DNA from: Guillardia theta CCMP2712
Lineage: Eukaryota; Protista; Cryptophyta
Length of the DNA: 64,000 nt
Direction: 5' to 3'
NCBI RefSeq assembly: GCF_000315625.1
Contig: NW_005434579.1
Location: 92,913-156,912, forward strand
Shown: piece by piece, positions 10,585 to 26,500 of the stretch
Layout of the letters: each line of letters starts with the position of its first letter
Position numbering within the stretch: the first letter of the stretch is position 1
Notes under the pieces: model-generated
What the model was told of the DNA's origin: nothing
The model's input: the letters and a program-made list of their open reading frames with translations, nothing else
The model's database searches: none
Translations under genes and position numbers: made by a program

Positions 10585-13400
10585 TCAACAGTAACCACAC
10601 GAGTTCTTCAGCACAGACATCTGGCAACCTTTAGCTTCTTGTCTTTCCATACGCCCTTTCCCTTCCATCAAACCGTCAGTGACTCTAGCAATAAGGCAAC
10701 TCTTCCTTCTTACCTGCAAGTACAGTCTCAGCTGTCGTTCTCTATCCCGACGATCAATTTTCTGTCGACAAATCAGTCTTGAAGATCTGAGCATGAGGAG
10801 TCAAGGTCTCCTAATCTCTTACAAGAATCACGCTAGCAGGCAGCAAGTCTGGCATGCACACGTCGGTTTTCAGTTTCCCGAAGAATCGATTGGTACTCGA
10901 CGCCGCGCTTGTGCTGTTTGCCTTCCATCGCGACTTGATGACATCTTCTGTTTGCTCCCATTTGTCAAGAAGAATGCAGACTGAGCCAGAGCTCTTGTCC
11001 ACTTCTACCACAGTTCCTTTTCTCCAGAGAAATTCAGCAGGATCGAGTACCAGCACCGCCTCGTTCATCAGGTCCTCTGCCTTGTGGAAAAATCCTCGCG
11101 ACTCTCTGACAGCCTGGACAAAAACTTTGAGTGCACATATAGTCAAACAAGGATTCACTACCGGATCATGTACGCGATCTGAGAACAGCTCTTCGAATGA
11201 GTTTGAAATTTCTCTTGCCATGATGGTAGCGTCATCCTGTTCCCCACTATAATACAGGCAGTTTCGCCATACCTACCGGGTGGATGTTGATGATGTTTGA
11301 GTATCACAACACGTACCTGGATCACATCAAACCGGACTTGATGTGGATTCATGTACTTCCCATCGTTCAGCTTTTGCTGTATCGTCCCGAGGTCCATCGG
11401 TCGTTTGACTTTCTGGGAGTAGTTTTCCAATTCGCTAGTGGCTGTAGCGATGGGCTCTAGAAAGGGCCATGCACAGACATGTCCCGTGATATCCTGCCAA
11501 ACACGCTCATGGCCCATCCCTTTCATCGCTCCGCTCCCACACCTTCAGGAGCGCTTTACACTCTGCCATCGGGCTGACAGCGATAGCACGACAAATCCTC
11601 ATACTGAAGGTCGGAGGAGGAAGCTTCGCAGCCGGGGGTCGATTGTTGCTCCATTTCTTATAGTTGTTGCAAAATGCAGCTCCTGGCAAATTTTCGATGA
11701 GAGAAGTTATCTGTTCATATCCTTCTAGTCCAAAAAACTTCTCGCCGCTCATTTCACTGTAGAAACATCGTCACAGGCTCGTAGATGGAGCTAAGAATTT
11801 CCTTTCCTGCGAATTTTGACAGATACTTGCGATAATACTTCACTAGCATTATTTCCAGCCATCCTTTTCTCTGGATTATCAAGAGGAGTGATTCCTGCAT
11901 CATTGTGAAAATTCAACTAAGTAAGCCTCACAATCCTTACGAAATAATGGTTGAGTGCCACAGTGCATTATCTCACAGGAAAATCTAGATGGTTTACCAT
12001 CTTGACGAGTCTTGTAGGTCCTTATTGCCTGCACACATTCAAAGTCTCAATTGTGTTTTGATCAGCAGATCTGTAAAAAGATTGTACCCTGTACCCGACG
12101 GGGAAAATATGCGTTTCGTCATGAAAGTGTTTATGGCTTGTTATGATTTCACCCAAGCTCTCAAGAACTAGTTTTCCTTCTTCGTTGTATATTGGTAGAG
12201 AATATTCTCCTAGCAGGCGATTTGGAGCATCTATGCATAGTGTGTCAAAGCAGATTTTCCACAGAACTCTTGACCTTGTCTGTAAGAAGCGTTCTTTCCA
12301 TTGTTGTACTGCAATTCTACCTTTTCCCATGATAGATAATGAGCGTCGCTCAATACGGATTGAGAAACATCATTCGTTTTTGCTAGATGCTCCAAAATCT
12401 AGAAATCGGGCAAAAGAGTTAGGCTTCTACTTCACTTGAAATTAGATCGAGTAGACCTCTTGCAATTTAGTGAATTTTTCTCCCGTTGGTGCTAGAAACA
12501 AGAACATCTTTGCATCATCAACGCTGTAAAAGAGAAAATATCTCATGGTTTCTCTATCAAAATCGCACATTCTACCTGGAATGCATGATGCGGCAAGTCC
12601 ACCCCCGGATTTGGAGGTCTGGACCTCCAAAATTCAAGATCTTTGACCTTAATTCTATCATGGCACGGTCCTGAGTAATCTTTTCAGCTCCGTCGTCTGT
12701 TGCTGTTGGCGATGATTCATGAGTATCAGAGATCTTTCTCTTGTTCGATTTTGTGCCACTTCCATCTTGAGCTTGTGCCTCCAAACATACCGCATTTGAG
12801 AGACTGGCCCGATTTCCTGCAGCTTTCACAAGAGCAGCTGCTAGTTGAGAATCTTCAAGATCTTGGCTGTCAACTTCTACATCCACTTGTGTGACCGTCG
12901 TAGATGCAGCAGCAGTGGCATTCGAAATTGATCCTGCAGGTGTCAGGTAAGAACCCACGATCGATGCTTTTGAGCAGCACCTTCAACATCGCCCCCTTCA
13001 CTGTCACTCGAGGTTGTCAGTCCTGAATCAGCCTGCGCACTCTTCATCGTGCGCCTTGATTGCAATCCTTTGCTCAATTCACAACACCGTTTGTCTCTGT
13101 TGCTCGTATCTTCACGGCATTGAACCTTCGGGGATTTCTGTTCGAACGAATTGCACCCAGCTCAAACACCTGCAACTACAAATTTCGTTCAGTGCCCCAC
13201 CCTTTTCATTTCATTGAAAACATTCATGAGCTTTCTGATTTGTTGATCAATCAAAGCATATCTCGGATACAGCAGACAGCAAAATTCTTCAGCTTGGAGG
13301 TAACTACGCTGTTCAATACATACAGACATTGTTGTCAGGAGTGAAATTGCAGAATGCACTTTTAAGAATCAAGGACATCAATTTGGGAGATCATCTTGAG
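10585..13400 (-). CDS. MBD9-like chromatin reader: MBD-like, FYRN, FYRC, bromodomain, Tudor-like
   Basis: ELRSKILNFGGPDLQIRGWTCRIMHS..FLAPTGEKFTKLQE (MBD-like); LESLGEII..HFHDETHIFPVGY (FYRN); SGEKFFGLEGYEQITSLIENLPGAAFCNNY (FYRC); AWPFLEPI..NYSQKVKRPMDLGTIQQKL..KY..VWRNCLYY (bromo); WRKGTVVEVDKSSGSVCILLDKW (Tudor-like). Both ends approximate. Confidence 0.85.
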
Positions 13401-13845
13401 TGAATGGGATAATCATTCATGCGGATCTGTACATATTTTGTTCCAGGAGAGTGAGGTATGTATCAGTGAGCAAGGGTGCGGGAGGATGGTTCAGAGAGAA
13501 TGGGAGGGTCGCATGAACACATTGAAGGGCATGAAGACTGCAGCTGCCCTTCTTCACTTCTACTCCATAGTCCGTGTATGTTCCGATGCCGCCATACTCC
13601 TTGCCGCACTCCCTCCCGCCATACTCATTGCCGCACAGCAAGGAGAACCCTCTGAGCAATTCGATGGGACCTAACTCATTTACAAATATCTATTTTCAAA
13701 TTTGAATTTAACGAATGATATTTGGGCGATTATGAGCATAGAATCTGAAAAAGGAGTATTGTAGTAGCTATCGGTTCAGCGACGATGATGCCTGGGGAGC
13801 CACGTTGCTTTGACGCCATGGTGAGAGGAGAGGAGAGGAGAGGAA

Positions 13846-13995
13846 GGGAGCGGAGCGAGGAGACGAGCAAGGGAGCGGAGCGAGGAGACGAGCAAGGGAG
13901 CGGAGCGAGGAGACGAGCAAGGGAGCGGAGCGAGGAGACGAGCAAGGGAGCGGAGCGAGGAGACGAGCAAGGGAGCGGAGCGAGGAGACGAGCAA
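13846..13995. repeat. Minisatellite, 25-bp unit x6 (GGGAGCGGAGCGAGGAGACGAGCAA)
   Basis: Six exact tandem copies. Confidence 0.95.
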
Positions 13996-14399
13996 GGGGA
14001 GGTAGGCATAGCGGGATGAGGATTTCAATGGGTTGAAAAAGGGTAAACTTGTGAGATTGAATAAGAAGAGATCAAAGGAATGAGAGGGGAGGAGGGAGGA
14101 AGGAAGAGGGGAGGGGAGACTATCTGGTTGAGTAGGAAAAGAGAGCAGATTGCAGAGGCATCGGTAGGAGAAGTAAGCACAAAGATGCAAGATGGGCGAA
14201 GAATCGAGTATGAGGAGAAGCTGGAGAACTATCTACGAATAATGAATGGTGTATCTTATGACTTTGCACAGAATTCGCTCAATACATCAATAGAGTAAAC
14301 TGTGATGAATCTTTAGTCGAATGTCAATTTCATTCAAAACTTACGCTCAACGGTCCATATGTAAAGAACAAGCTTTCACCACCATCTATGTACAGAACT

Positions 14400-16572
14400 T
14401 TCATTTCGATGTAGATCGCTCCTGCATCCTGAGACATTGCCAAGTCAAATGATGAACATGATGGCACGAGGACCTTCCTTGACTCTCTCACCTCAATAGC
14501 TTCACGAAACTCCTAGGATCAAAGCCTCGTCCAGACTTCTGCCTCTACACCCTCCAACTCACACTTGCGTTACAAGCATCATCATCACTTCCTGACCTGC
14601 AAGATCTCTTGGGGAATTCTCAAAACGCTGCTGCCCGTCACTTCCTCTTCGCTCAGCAGAGGATTCCTGCCGACGTTGAGATCCTCCAGTCTCTCGCATC
14701 TGTGCAACGCCATGGGGATCTAAAGTACCGAGACTCACACTAGCCTTCCCCAGCTCCTCTTCCTCTGCTTCTCTGCTCCGGCCCACCTGCCCTCATTGCT
14801 CCCTTCTCTTCCTTGCTCACCTCTTTGATCAAGTTGGAGAACAGGTTCAAGTACTGCAGGTACTTCAAATCTCCCACTGCCTGCAGAAGCACAAATTCAT
14901 CTGGGACAGATGAGACGGACAAGTGATACCTGTGGAATCTCAGAGATTTGGTTGAAGGACAGAGCTAGCGTGACAAGTCTTGTGTGTTTTGATATGTAAT
15001 CAGGAATGATTTTGATGTTGTTCCTGTCAAGAAATCGTCAGCACATTCGCTGCGCTCAGTACAACATTCATCGTTCCTTGACAGGGAGAGGGCTTCAAGG
15101 TACTTCATGTTACTCAGCGCATCCGGGATCTCACTGATCAAATTCCTATCCAAGTACAAGAAGGCCAGGACTGCACTTGCGATCAGACAAGGCTCACAAG
15201 AAGGACTAGGACTCGTTTACACTCATATTCTGGATTCTTCCAGATGACATTCGGAACCTGCAATGACGTCAACGTTCATCAAGATCAGCAAACGCTGACA
15301 CCTGCTGGATCTCCTTCTCCTGCCAATTCAGGCTCTGCAACAAGAGGATGTCAGCGGGGGATATGCAGCGGCTGCCATGACCAGATGGCCTCGTTGCTCC
15401 TCTTTGTCCTCCTCGACTGGTTGCGCTGCTGTGCTGTCTGACCAGGAGCTCTCAGATGCAGTCAAAGACAAGCGTAAGGACCCAAGTGCGGGAGCTCGGC
15501 CGACTGAGCTTGCTGGATCCTCGAGGGGATGTCCTGGTCCTGTGACGGTTGTTAGGCAGACGTCGCAGGGGACGCGCGTCAGACGTGGTGGGGAGGGATG
15601 GAGATGTTGGAGGGACAGGTTTGTAGCTCAAAGCCCTGCCTCTCCGTCGGGTGAAACCTCCTGTCCCGGTGGAGCCTTTCATTCCGCAAATCTGCGCTCA
15701 GCCCCAGCACAGCATTCCGCTGGATGTGTCCGGCTTGTAGGCTGAACCAAAGTCAGCTGTGCTCTCACACACAGCCAAGGGATACTTGCTGATCCAAAGA
15801 TGGACGTCACTTTTCGAGCTCGCTCGGAACGTCAGCGTTGTCCGCTCTAATATCACCTGAAACTTGCAGGTATCCTGCGGCCTTTGGGTTGAGACCTTGT
15901 ACGTTGAGCTCGCAAGAGGAGGACGAGGACGAGGAGCAGGAGAAGGAGGGAGGAGGGAACAGGGAGGAGGGAGGAGGAGAACCTTGTCAGCCGTTAGCAC
16001 GTAGATAATGCAGCTTCTGGTCATATCAACAATCCGAGCAGGCCTGGGGACGCAAATCTCTCAGACTCGCTTACGTCATCAACTCACTCACCTCATCCTC
16101 TCAAGACTGTCAGCGAGTGCGGCCTCCAGCTCCCCCACCGTCTTCTCAAGTCTCCTCGCCTTCTTCACATTCGCCTTTGACGTCGCGTCCGACCTCGCCT
16201 GCCGCTGGCGTCACACAACAGGCGAGAAGCTGACATGCTCGCCTTGATGGCAGCGATGCTCGAAGTCGCTGCGGAGAGGTTGTGCTCTATCGACTCCTTG
16301 TGATGCCGCAGCTTGACCTGATCGTCCCAGAAGAACTTGAGCTTGCCGTACACGTTCTCCTCGTCTGCCCACATCTCGTCAGACCTCATCTCGCTCGCTC
16401 TCGCTCTCTCTCTCAGACTTGCCGTACTGGCCCGAGCAGTACTGTACCCACACCTTGTCCCAAGTCCGACGCTCCTCCCCTTCTGTACGAACAAGTAGCC
16501 ATCCTGCCGCAAGCAACTTAGCAACTCTACTCCCCCGCTCCTCGTACCTTGAAGGCTGATCACTTCCTCCAT
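14400..16572 (-). CDS. PH-domain + coiled-coil + leucine-rich-repeat protein
   Basis: PH-like DGYLFVQKG... and CKFQVILERTTLTFRASSKSDVHLWISK. LRRs LYLDRNLISEIPDALSNMKYLEALSLSRN, LVTLALSFNQISEIP, LKYLQYLNLFSNLIKE. 3' end approximate. Confidence 0.75.
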
Positions 16573-17027
16573 CTCTACGCGCCTTGCTCCTCCTCGGCCC
16601 TAGGCTGCAACATGGAAGGAGACTGAGGCTCAGGAGAGCTGCTGCTGCGTCTCATGGTGGGCGAGGAGCGAGCGGGTAGGAGCAATGGGGGCCCTACTCG
16701 AAAAGGATGGAAATGGAAATCTGGAGCGCTAGGGAAGGCCCAGGGGCAGGGGGGGGAGGGGAAAGAGAGAATCAGACAGGAAGGAGAACGAGAGGGATGA
16801 TGAAACATGGAGGCAGACAACTTTGACACGAACAGTTCAAGTCAGCAGAATCACCCGACGGAACAGGAGCCAAGGGCATAGCACGACAGGGGTCAGGTGA
16901 AGGAGCATACACTGAGCCTTCGCCACGAGAGGTCGATCACGGATGGTTTACTATCCTTGTTTCACGCTTAAGAATATGCGGATGCAACGTGGAGATGATC
17001 AATCCCCACGCGGACGTCTTTGACCCT

Positions 17028-19330
<2,303 letters not shown>

Positions 19331-19859
19331 GTCTGCGCAAGAGGAGCCTTTCAGAACTTCGAGATAGATTAAAAAGTTAAGACGTTCACAGTATGCCAAA
19401 GGAACATCCCGCCTTACTATATCTACAACTTGCACAACGAAAAATTACGACATGACAGACATGAGCGATTCGTGAGCCCTGTCAACCATCTCTAAATGCG
19501 CTGAATGAAATAAGCTTTGCTCCTAAGAACATTACATAATTGGGATGTGCTCTCGCGTTTGGGGATTGCACCTATCAAAGAACAAGAGTTGAAGGTTCCT
19601 AGTATGTACACGTACGCACGCTCAGTCATTCAATCTGGATCAACATGGTAGCGCCGTGAATTGTGAAGAAGAAGAGAGAAGAGGGGTGCAGGGAGCACGG
19701 AGAGGCAGGAAGCATCTGGTTGACAAGCACTGGCGCAACGCGGCATGGCGAGGGCGAGAAGCGACGGGGGAACATTGTCATCACGCAGGGGGAAGGTCGG
19801 CATGAGAGGCAGCGGGCGAGGAGGAATACCTCAACCAACTTGGCATTTCGTAAAACATA

Positions 19860-20430
19860 CATTTTAGTTGGTATGGACAATTGATTGCAATATACCTTTT
19901 AAATGACAGATCAACAACTAATCCTGATTTTATTATACAAAAAAGCATTTATAAAATATCGTTTTGTACACGAAATGGATAGGATCTCTAGCTTATCAAA
20001 TATTTTCAATACTGATTATTTATAAATGTTTTATCAATATCAAAAACTTTACTCAAGTTATTATAATTAAGTACTGAGAGAATTGGTATGCCTAAAGGGT
20101 GTAGGAGTTCTAGACACGCCAACTTGGAATGGGAACTGAATTTGGTCTTCTACGCCCCGGCAGTTTTACATCTGTATGGAGTTTTTAATATTAGTACCAG
20201 AGTTTTAAAAAGAGAGAAGATTTTTTTTTCATTGAAAGAGAGGGGACTAGTCTGATATCACAAATAAATATTATAAAAATTAACTGTATTTTATTGTACA
20301 AAAACAATGTACTTTTTTGTATGAACTATAATGTTTGTTTATACACAGATAGTTGCTGTTGTATCATCATAATAATGTTTTATCGCCTACCTCTGGAGCA
20401 GAAAAATACTTATTAAAAATACTGACCGTT
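19860..20430. mobile_element. AT-rich degenerate foldback/MITE-like element
   Basis: Sharp drop in GC content. Nested inverted matches (atacaaaaaag/cttttttgtat, gttttgtaca/tgtacaaaaac, aatatcaaaaact/agtttttaatatt, gggtgtaggag/cttctacgccc) centre near 20115-20130. Confidence 0.55.
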
Positions 20431-20506
20431 ATCCTTGATTGTAATGTAGTAACGGAGGTGTGGTTCACCGGCTTTCGCGGATTTCTCTCAAGATTGACCC
20501 GACAGT

Positions 20507-23500
20507 ATGAGGATTCAAGTCAAGTATGAAGATCAGCAGCGGTCGTATGGCGAAGGAGCAAGCAGACGTTGCGACTCAGTATGACCAGAGAGTCAGCGAC
20601 AGCTGGCAGTAGCATGACGATGAAGAGTGAACGGAAGGACATGGAGGGGGCTTTGCGCCAGATGAGAAGAGATAGGAATTAGCTTGTTGAACGCTACTTT
20701 TACCTGAGACGAAGCCACGTTGAGGTGCGACTTCGTGATAAGGGCGAAGATTCGAGCCTCAGATCGGGCAGAAAGAGAGGAGGGCAAGAAGCATGGGACC
20801 AGACTCTGACAGGAGCTCATGTAGGTGCTGACCTGGAGCCTCCCTACATGCTCTCACCTAGCAGGTAAAGACTACATGCTCCTGCAGCTTTGATGTGTGA
20901 CCCGTGTGATGGAAGGGGGGCAAGGATCCTTGCGGATGGCAGGACTGCCATCAGCGAGCTAGACAGGAGCACAGTACAGGCGAGCAAACGAATCGGCGTT
21001 GCAGGAGCATCGTCACTGGGTATGGAGACTGGGTGGGGGAAGAAGCTTGCTCCTAAATGTATCTGGTCAGTTTTCTTCGAGGTGACAGTGATCAGGAGCA
21101 AGGGATGTATCGTCGTAGGATTGGCGGTACAACAGCTCAGGATCCAACGCCCTGCTCTCCCTCACCCTCGTGCTGGCAGAGGTACAGCCCGACAAACGCG
21201 CAAGGGTGGCTCTTTCATAGCAAGTCGATCTCGTACGGGGCAGGTGAGATTAGAAACATGTTCAGCATGCGAGGGATCATGTGGCTGCAGAGCCAAATTG
21301 CCTCGAACCTGTCAGCCATTCGTCTTCCAAGACGGGGAAATCTTCGACGGGGCCCCTTGGCAAGAAATTTGCCCATGTCCCTGCAGTGTCGCAGTTCTGA
21401 CGGTCCAGCAGTGGCCGGTGACGTCATCATCTGTGGTGTGCGAACTATCCATGGGTCCTGCTCCTTTCCTCTCCCCGTCCTCTATCGACTTGACGGGCTG
21501 CGCTGCCAGGGGGTCGGCAGAGATCTTCTTCAGTCGCAACGGGGTCCAGGAGGCGTCAGTACGGGACACAGAAGTTATCAATCAGTTGACCAGCTCGACG
21601 GAGTCTTCCTTTCTGTACCCGACAGTCCAAGTCCATGTCGACTGAGTCCGGTCGTCCCGCTGACGGGCCCGCAGATCTCCGACGGAGAAGTCGTCGTCAT
21701 CGAGACATCCGATGATGTGCAAGGTAGTCGAGCTGCGCAGAGCAGAACGTCCCGAGTCGATCACGGTGGACTTGTCTGCACACCATCAGTTGCCATCGAC
21801 TCAGGTGGACCTGCCAGTATGGCAGAAGTCTTGGATGATGCAGCCTGTAGGAATAGGAGGCTCCCTCTACCTTGGAGAGTACAAGGCGGAGGTAGAGCCC
21901 TGTCGCTACGCTGATAGCAGTTGAATCGTGATTCAGGTCTCGGTCAACCATGATGTCATGACGGCTGATTTCAAGTCAAGGTAGTGCTCCTGTGACCTGC
22001 TCATCTGCTGCTCCTGGTTGTCGAGAGTTTCTGACTTGTTTCCTGCTCGTGCTCTTCGTTCCTTTCGATCATCTCACTATCTCCCCGACGTTTCTCGGCC
22101 TCTTCCGCGCTTTCGATCTTTGCGCTCAGCATGGACGCGTCTCCCAACCATGCAGCAGAATCAGCCGTGTTTGTGGCGGAGAAGGCAAGTAGAACTGTCA
22201 AGTTTTGAGGGTTCAAATTCTCCAAGGTACTCGAGAAGACCGTCATTCATGGACAGCTGGACTGGAGCTCGACCTACTTCGAGGTCACCATCCTCCTGGC
22301 AGACAAGGACGAGGAGGAGCCCTGTGGCGTCGATGTCTACGTGGGGCTCTTTGAGGGGACCTTGTCGACTGTTGGGTACTTCATCTCCTTCTCCTTCTCC
22401 TTCTCCTTCGCTTTCTCCTCCTCCTCCTCCTCCTCCTCCTCCCTCTCCTCGTCGGCTCTACCTCTCTTCCACCTCATCTTTCCTCCCCCTTCCTGCACCT
22501 CCCTATCATTGTCAACCTTGTCGTCATCATCAGCTGAAAACTTTGCAGGGGATGGCCCGGGATCCGACCCAACTCGTACTCTCTCCGGGTATGCCTGCTC
22601 CTGCTACTCTCACTGCAGGCGCGCTGCTGAACCTTGCGGGATAGGGGAGGGACGGTGTGCTGCACTTCAACGACGGGGTGGAGGAAGGTGAGGAGGATGC
22701 GGGGGAGGCAACTCGTGCGACTGGAGCCGCAGGGACGACGAAGATGGAAGATCGAAGCAAGGAGGGCACGAGATGGACGTTCGCAGCTGGGGACATCGTG
22801 GGCTGTGGAGTGATCAGGTCGACAGGGCAGGTGCAGCGAGTCTGTGTTGCTGTGGGAGTTAAGTTTCCTTCTTGCCGTGCAGCTCTTTTTCACCAAGAAT
22901 GGCACATGGGTGACCGTCGCTTCTCCCTCCTCTCTCCCTTTCTTCCCTCTCTCCTCTCCCTTTCTTCCTCTCTCCCTTTCTTCCTCCTCCTCTCTCCCTT
23001 TCTTCCTCCTCCTCTCTCCCTTTCCTCCTCCTCCTCTCTCCCTTTCCTCCTCCTCCTCTCTCCCTTTCTTCCTCCTCCTCTCTCCCTTTCCTCCTCCTCC
23101 TCTCTCCCTTTCCTCCTCCTCCTCTCTCCCTTTCTTCCCTCTCCCCTCTTTCCCTCCTCCTTCACCTGTCCTCTACTCTCTCATGGCCTCAATTCCCTCG
23201 CTCCTCGCTCCCTTCTCTACTCAACTCTCTCCTTCCTCCTCCTCCTCCTCCCCTTTGCCCAGATCATTCTCCTGTCCTCGTTATCCTTGGCTTGCTCTCT
23301 TGTTCTACAGTCTTTCCGGCTCTCTCCCTTGCTATTCTCCATCCCCAACCATTCCTTCAGATTCGCTTCCTCCTCGACACTCCCTTGAAGCCTAATGCGC
23401 AACTCACCCCAGCATGTGCCCTTCGGACGTCGGTAAGGCCTCTACTCTCGTTCTCGTGTCATGCTCGCTTGCAGGGTGTCGTTGCGTTCAACGTGGGGCA

Positions 23501-26500
23501 GAGGAGGTTCTGCTTCGATTTCGCTCCTCTCACTGCGCTGGGTTCAAACTTGGTCTGATGTGTGACTTGCTAACATGCTGGCAGTGTCTTCGGGCAAGAT
23601 AACCAACTCCTCCTCCTCCCCTACTGGTTCAGATGGCAAGAACCCAGACAGCCGTCTGTCTCCTCGTGGAGCTGGTGAAGGGTTGAGGTTGACAACCTGC
23701 CTTCGCGCGTGTCATCGGAGAGGGTTTGACATGTTTTTTTTTCCTTGGCCAACAGGTCGGTGACTGATCGCAAGATGTGCATCAAGTGCTTTGAGAAGAC
23801 TTCGGGTCACTTTGCAATGTCGCTATGGAAGTCTTACACTCAGTGAAGATATGCTGGGAGAACCGTGCATATCGTGCAGGTCGAAGCAGATGTTCAAGGA
23901 CGGGGAGCAAGAAGGCAGAGGCGCTGTGCAGGTTTGTACCTCTTTCCGCTGACGGAGGATCTTTGAGGTTCATCATGGACAGGAGGGCGACACAAGTTTG
24001 CTGTCATCGATCAGGCCTGACGACGACGGAGCAAACGAGTCTCAGCAGACAAGACGGTAGAGCAAGAGGAATTGCTTAGTCGAGATGTGACTGACTGTTT
24101 GATGACACAACTAGCAACTTATTCTCCATGACAAGTGACAAGGGCAACAACAGCAGTGGCGTGAGCGTTTTTCTCACCTCAGGTCTCTCCGCTCAATGTC
24201 CCGGCGGGAGCTGACCGGCAAGAAAGGTGGGAGGCTGATCAGTTTCTCGGGGTCGAAAGTACATGAAGAATTGTATTCGACACACCTCAAGGGTAAATTC
24301 TCAAAGACACGCTGTGCTGATTATCTTGCTGTTTCTTGCTGTCTTGCCTTCTTTGTACGCCCTTGCTCTTGTGCTTGACGCGTGGAATGGACAGGGTTCA
24401 ACAGACTTGAGGACAGTCTGTTGAGATTGGATCAATCTCGACAGAGGAACGGCAAAGGTGAGGATTTACAGCAGAGAACCAGCGCTGTAAGCTCTGCCGT
24501 CAACAACAGTATGGCTCACGATTTCTTCCGTGAGACTGTTGACATCGTTCCTATCAGACCAGGAGGAGGAAGAGAACGAGGAGGAAAGGGGGGAGGAGGA
24601 GGCTTCCTTCAACATCCCAGACAGATCATCTGACTTGTCTGTGGAGAGGATCGTCGAGGAGAAAGATCGCAAGTGAAGTTCTGCTGAGAATGTCGTTTTT
24701 CCTCTCATCCGCGAGCCTCGTCGGCAGGTTGAAGCAGGTAGAAGACGCTCTTGACAAGTCTGCAAGGATAGCCTACCAGGAGAGGTCAGGGCCTCCTCCT
24801 GACCCCAGCTCGATTGACTGTGTCTGCCAGGACTCTCCGGATGCAGCTGGAGTTGGAGGTCAAAGAGCTGAGAGAGCAAGTCTGGCAAGGAATATGATGG
24901 CTGCCTTCTTATCTCTAACTGCAGTTGTACTTGACTTGTGGTCCTGATCCCTCCAGGTTGTCCTCCTCCCAGTCCTGATGGAAAAGCTGACAGCATTTCC
25001 TGCAGACGTCAAATCGACAAGGCCGACGACGAGGAGATTGCGAGGGTTGACATGTGCACCATCTCTCGAAACTTTGACACGTCGGTTTCAAGTCCTCGGA
25101 AGCTTTTCATATCATCACGCAAGAGCTGTCCACAAGAAATCAAGAGGTTGAATGACAAAGTCTCATGTCCTGTGTCTTCTCCCCTCTGCATAACCAGATG
25201 TATCTCTTCTCTCCTTTGTTCTGATTCACTTCTGCGCCATCTCTGCTTCATGAATGAACAGCTGGAGGAAGTGAAGGAAAGCAACCGAATACTTTCAGAG
25301 AGGTCAAACTCGACAAAGCCCTTGTCTTCTTCTACCCCCCTCATCTCAACTCCTCCTCCAGGATTTCTTTCCTCGAGGCCGAGAACCAAGAGCTAAAGAA
25401 CAACCTCAAAGACCTTGTAAGTCCTCGACTTTCCCCTGCCTCCTCTTGACTTCCCGCTGTACCAGACTAGAACTCCTCGTACCCCAGCGAGCGAGGCCTC
25501 GTCGACGCACGTTGACCCTGTTCTCCTGCTCTCCCTCTGCCTTCCTCCACGGCTGATGACCTGAAGCAGCACACGAGCGAGACCGACTCTCCCACCATCC
25601 TTCGTCCCACCAGGCACCCCCAAGGCCCGTTGGACAAGACCTCTATCAAGCGATGGAGCAAACCTTTCACAGTCTCCTTGACTAGACAGCCGCCCACCAA
25701 ACCTTCCGTTGAGTCTCTCAACAAGACCGTGACAGCGGGGCAGCCGGACAAGTGCGGAGTCGGGGTGATGCTGATAGTGAACCCGGCGACCAACGTGACC
25801 CCATGCTCTCTCCCTCTCTCCCTTCATGTCATGCTGTGCTGAACCAGGTTGTCAATGTGACCTCCGTCGTTCCCGGTAGCTCCCTACCTCAAAACATCTC
25901 CTCCTCCTTCTCGTGCTCCGCCTTCTTCTCTTCCTCTTTCTCTCTACCACCACCACAATCCTCCTCCTCCTCCTCCTCCTCCTCCTCCTCCTCCTCCTCC
26001 TCCTCCTCCTCCTCCTCCTCCTCGTGGTCATCGACATCATCTTCATGGCACAGGGAGCGCGGCGCATGTAGACGGCAGGATCATGGCAGGTGGGATCAGA
26101 GTTGTAGCTGGGAACTCTTGACGCGTGAGAATCAAGGAGACGTCCTGATGGCGGTTGACGGACATTCGCTGAGGTGAGCTCATCGATGATACAGCTGAGA
26201 CCTGAGAAATCCCGGCAGGCCCGACCTGAGGCCGAAGCTGGACGACGTAGTGAAGAAGATCGTCGGAGGGCCAGGGACAGGTGGCAGCACTTTGACAAGC
26301 TGACGCGTCTGATATGACAAGCCGCAGTTGTCAACCTGACCCTCTCTCGACCTGAGACAACTGAGGTGCTTGCTCTTGCGAGGTCTGCTTGAGAGACATG
26401 TCTGCCAGGTCTCTCCTCCTTCGCTCCTTCCCTCGCTCGTTCCCCCATCAGTCACCGCAGTTTGATCTCGATCACATTGGAAAGCTGATCTGCTTGAGAC

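Noticed and set aside
13846-13995. 25-bp repeats as a CRISPR-like array
   Set aside because: Head-to-tail copies with no spacers, in a eukaryotic context with no cas genes.
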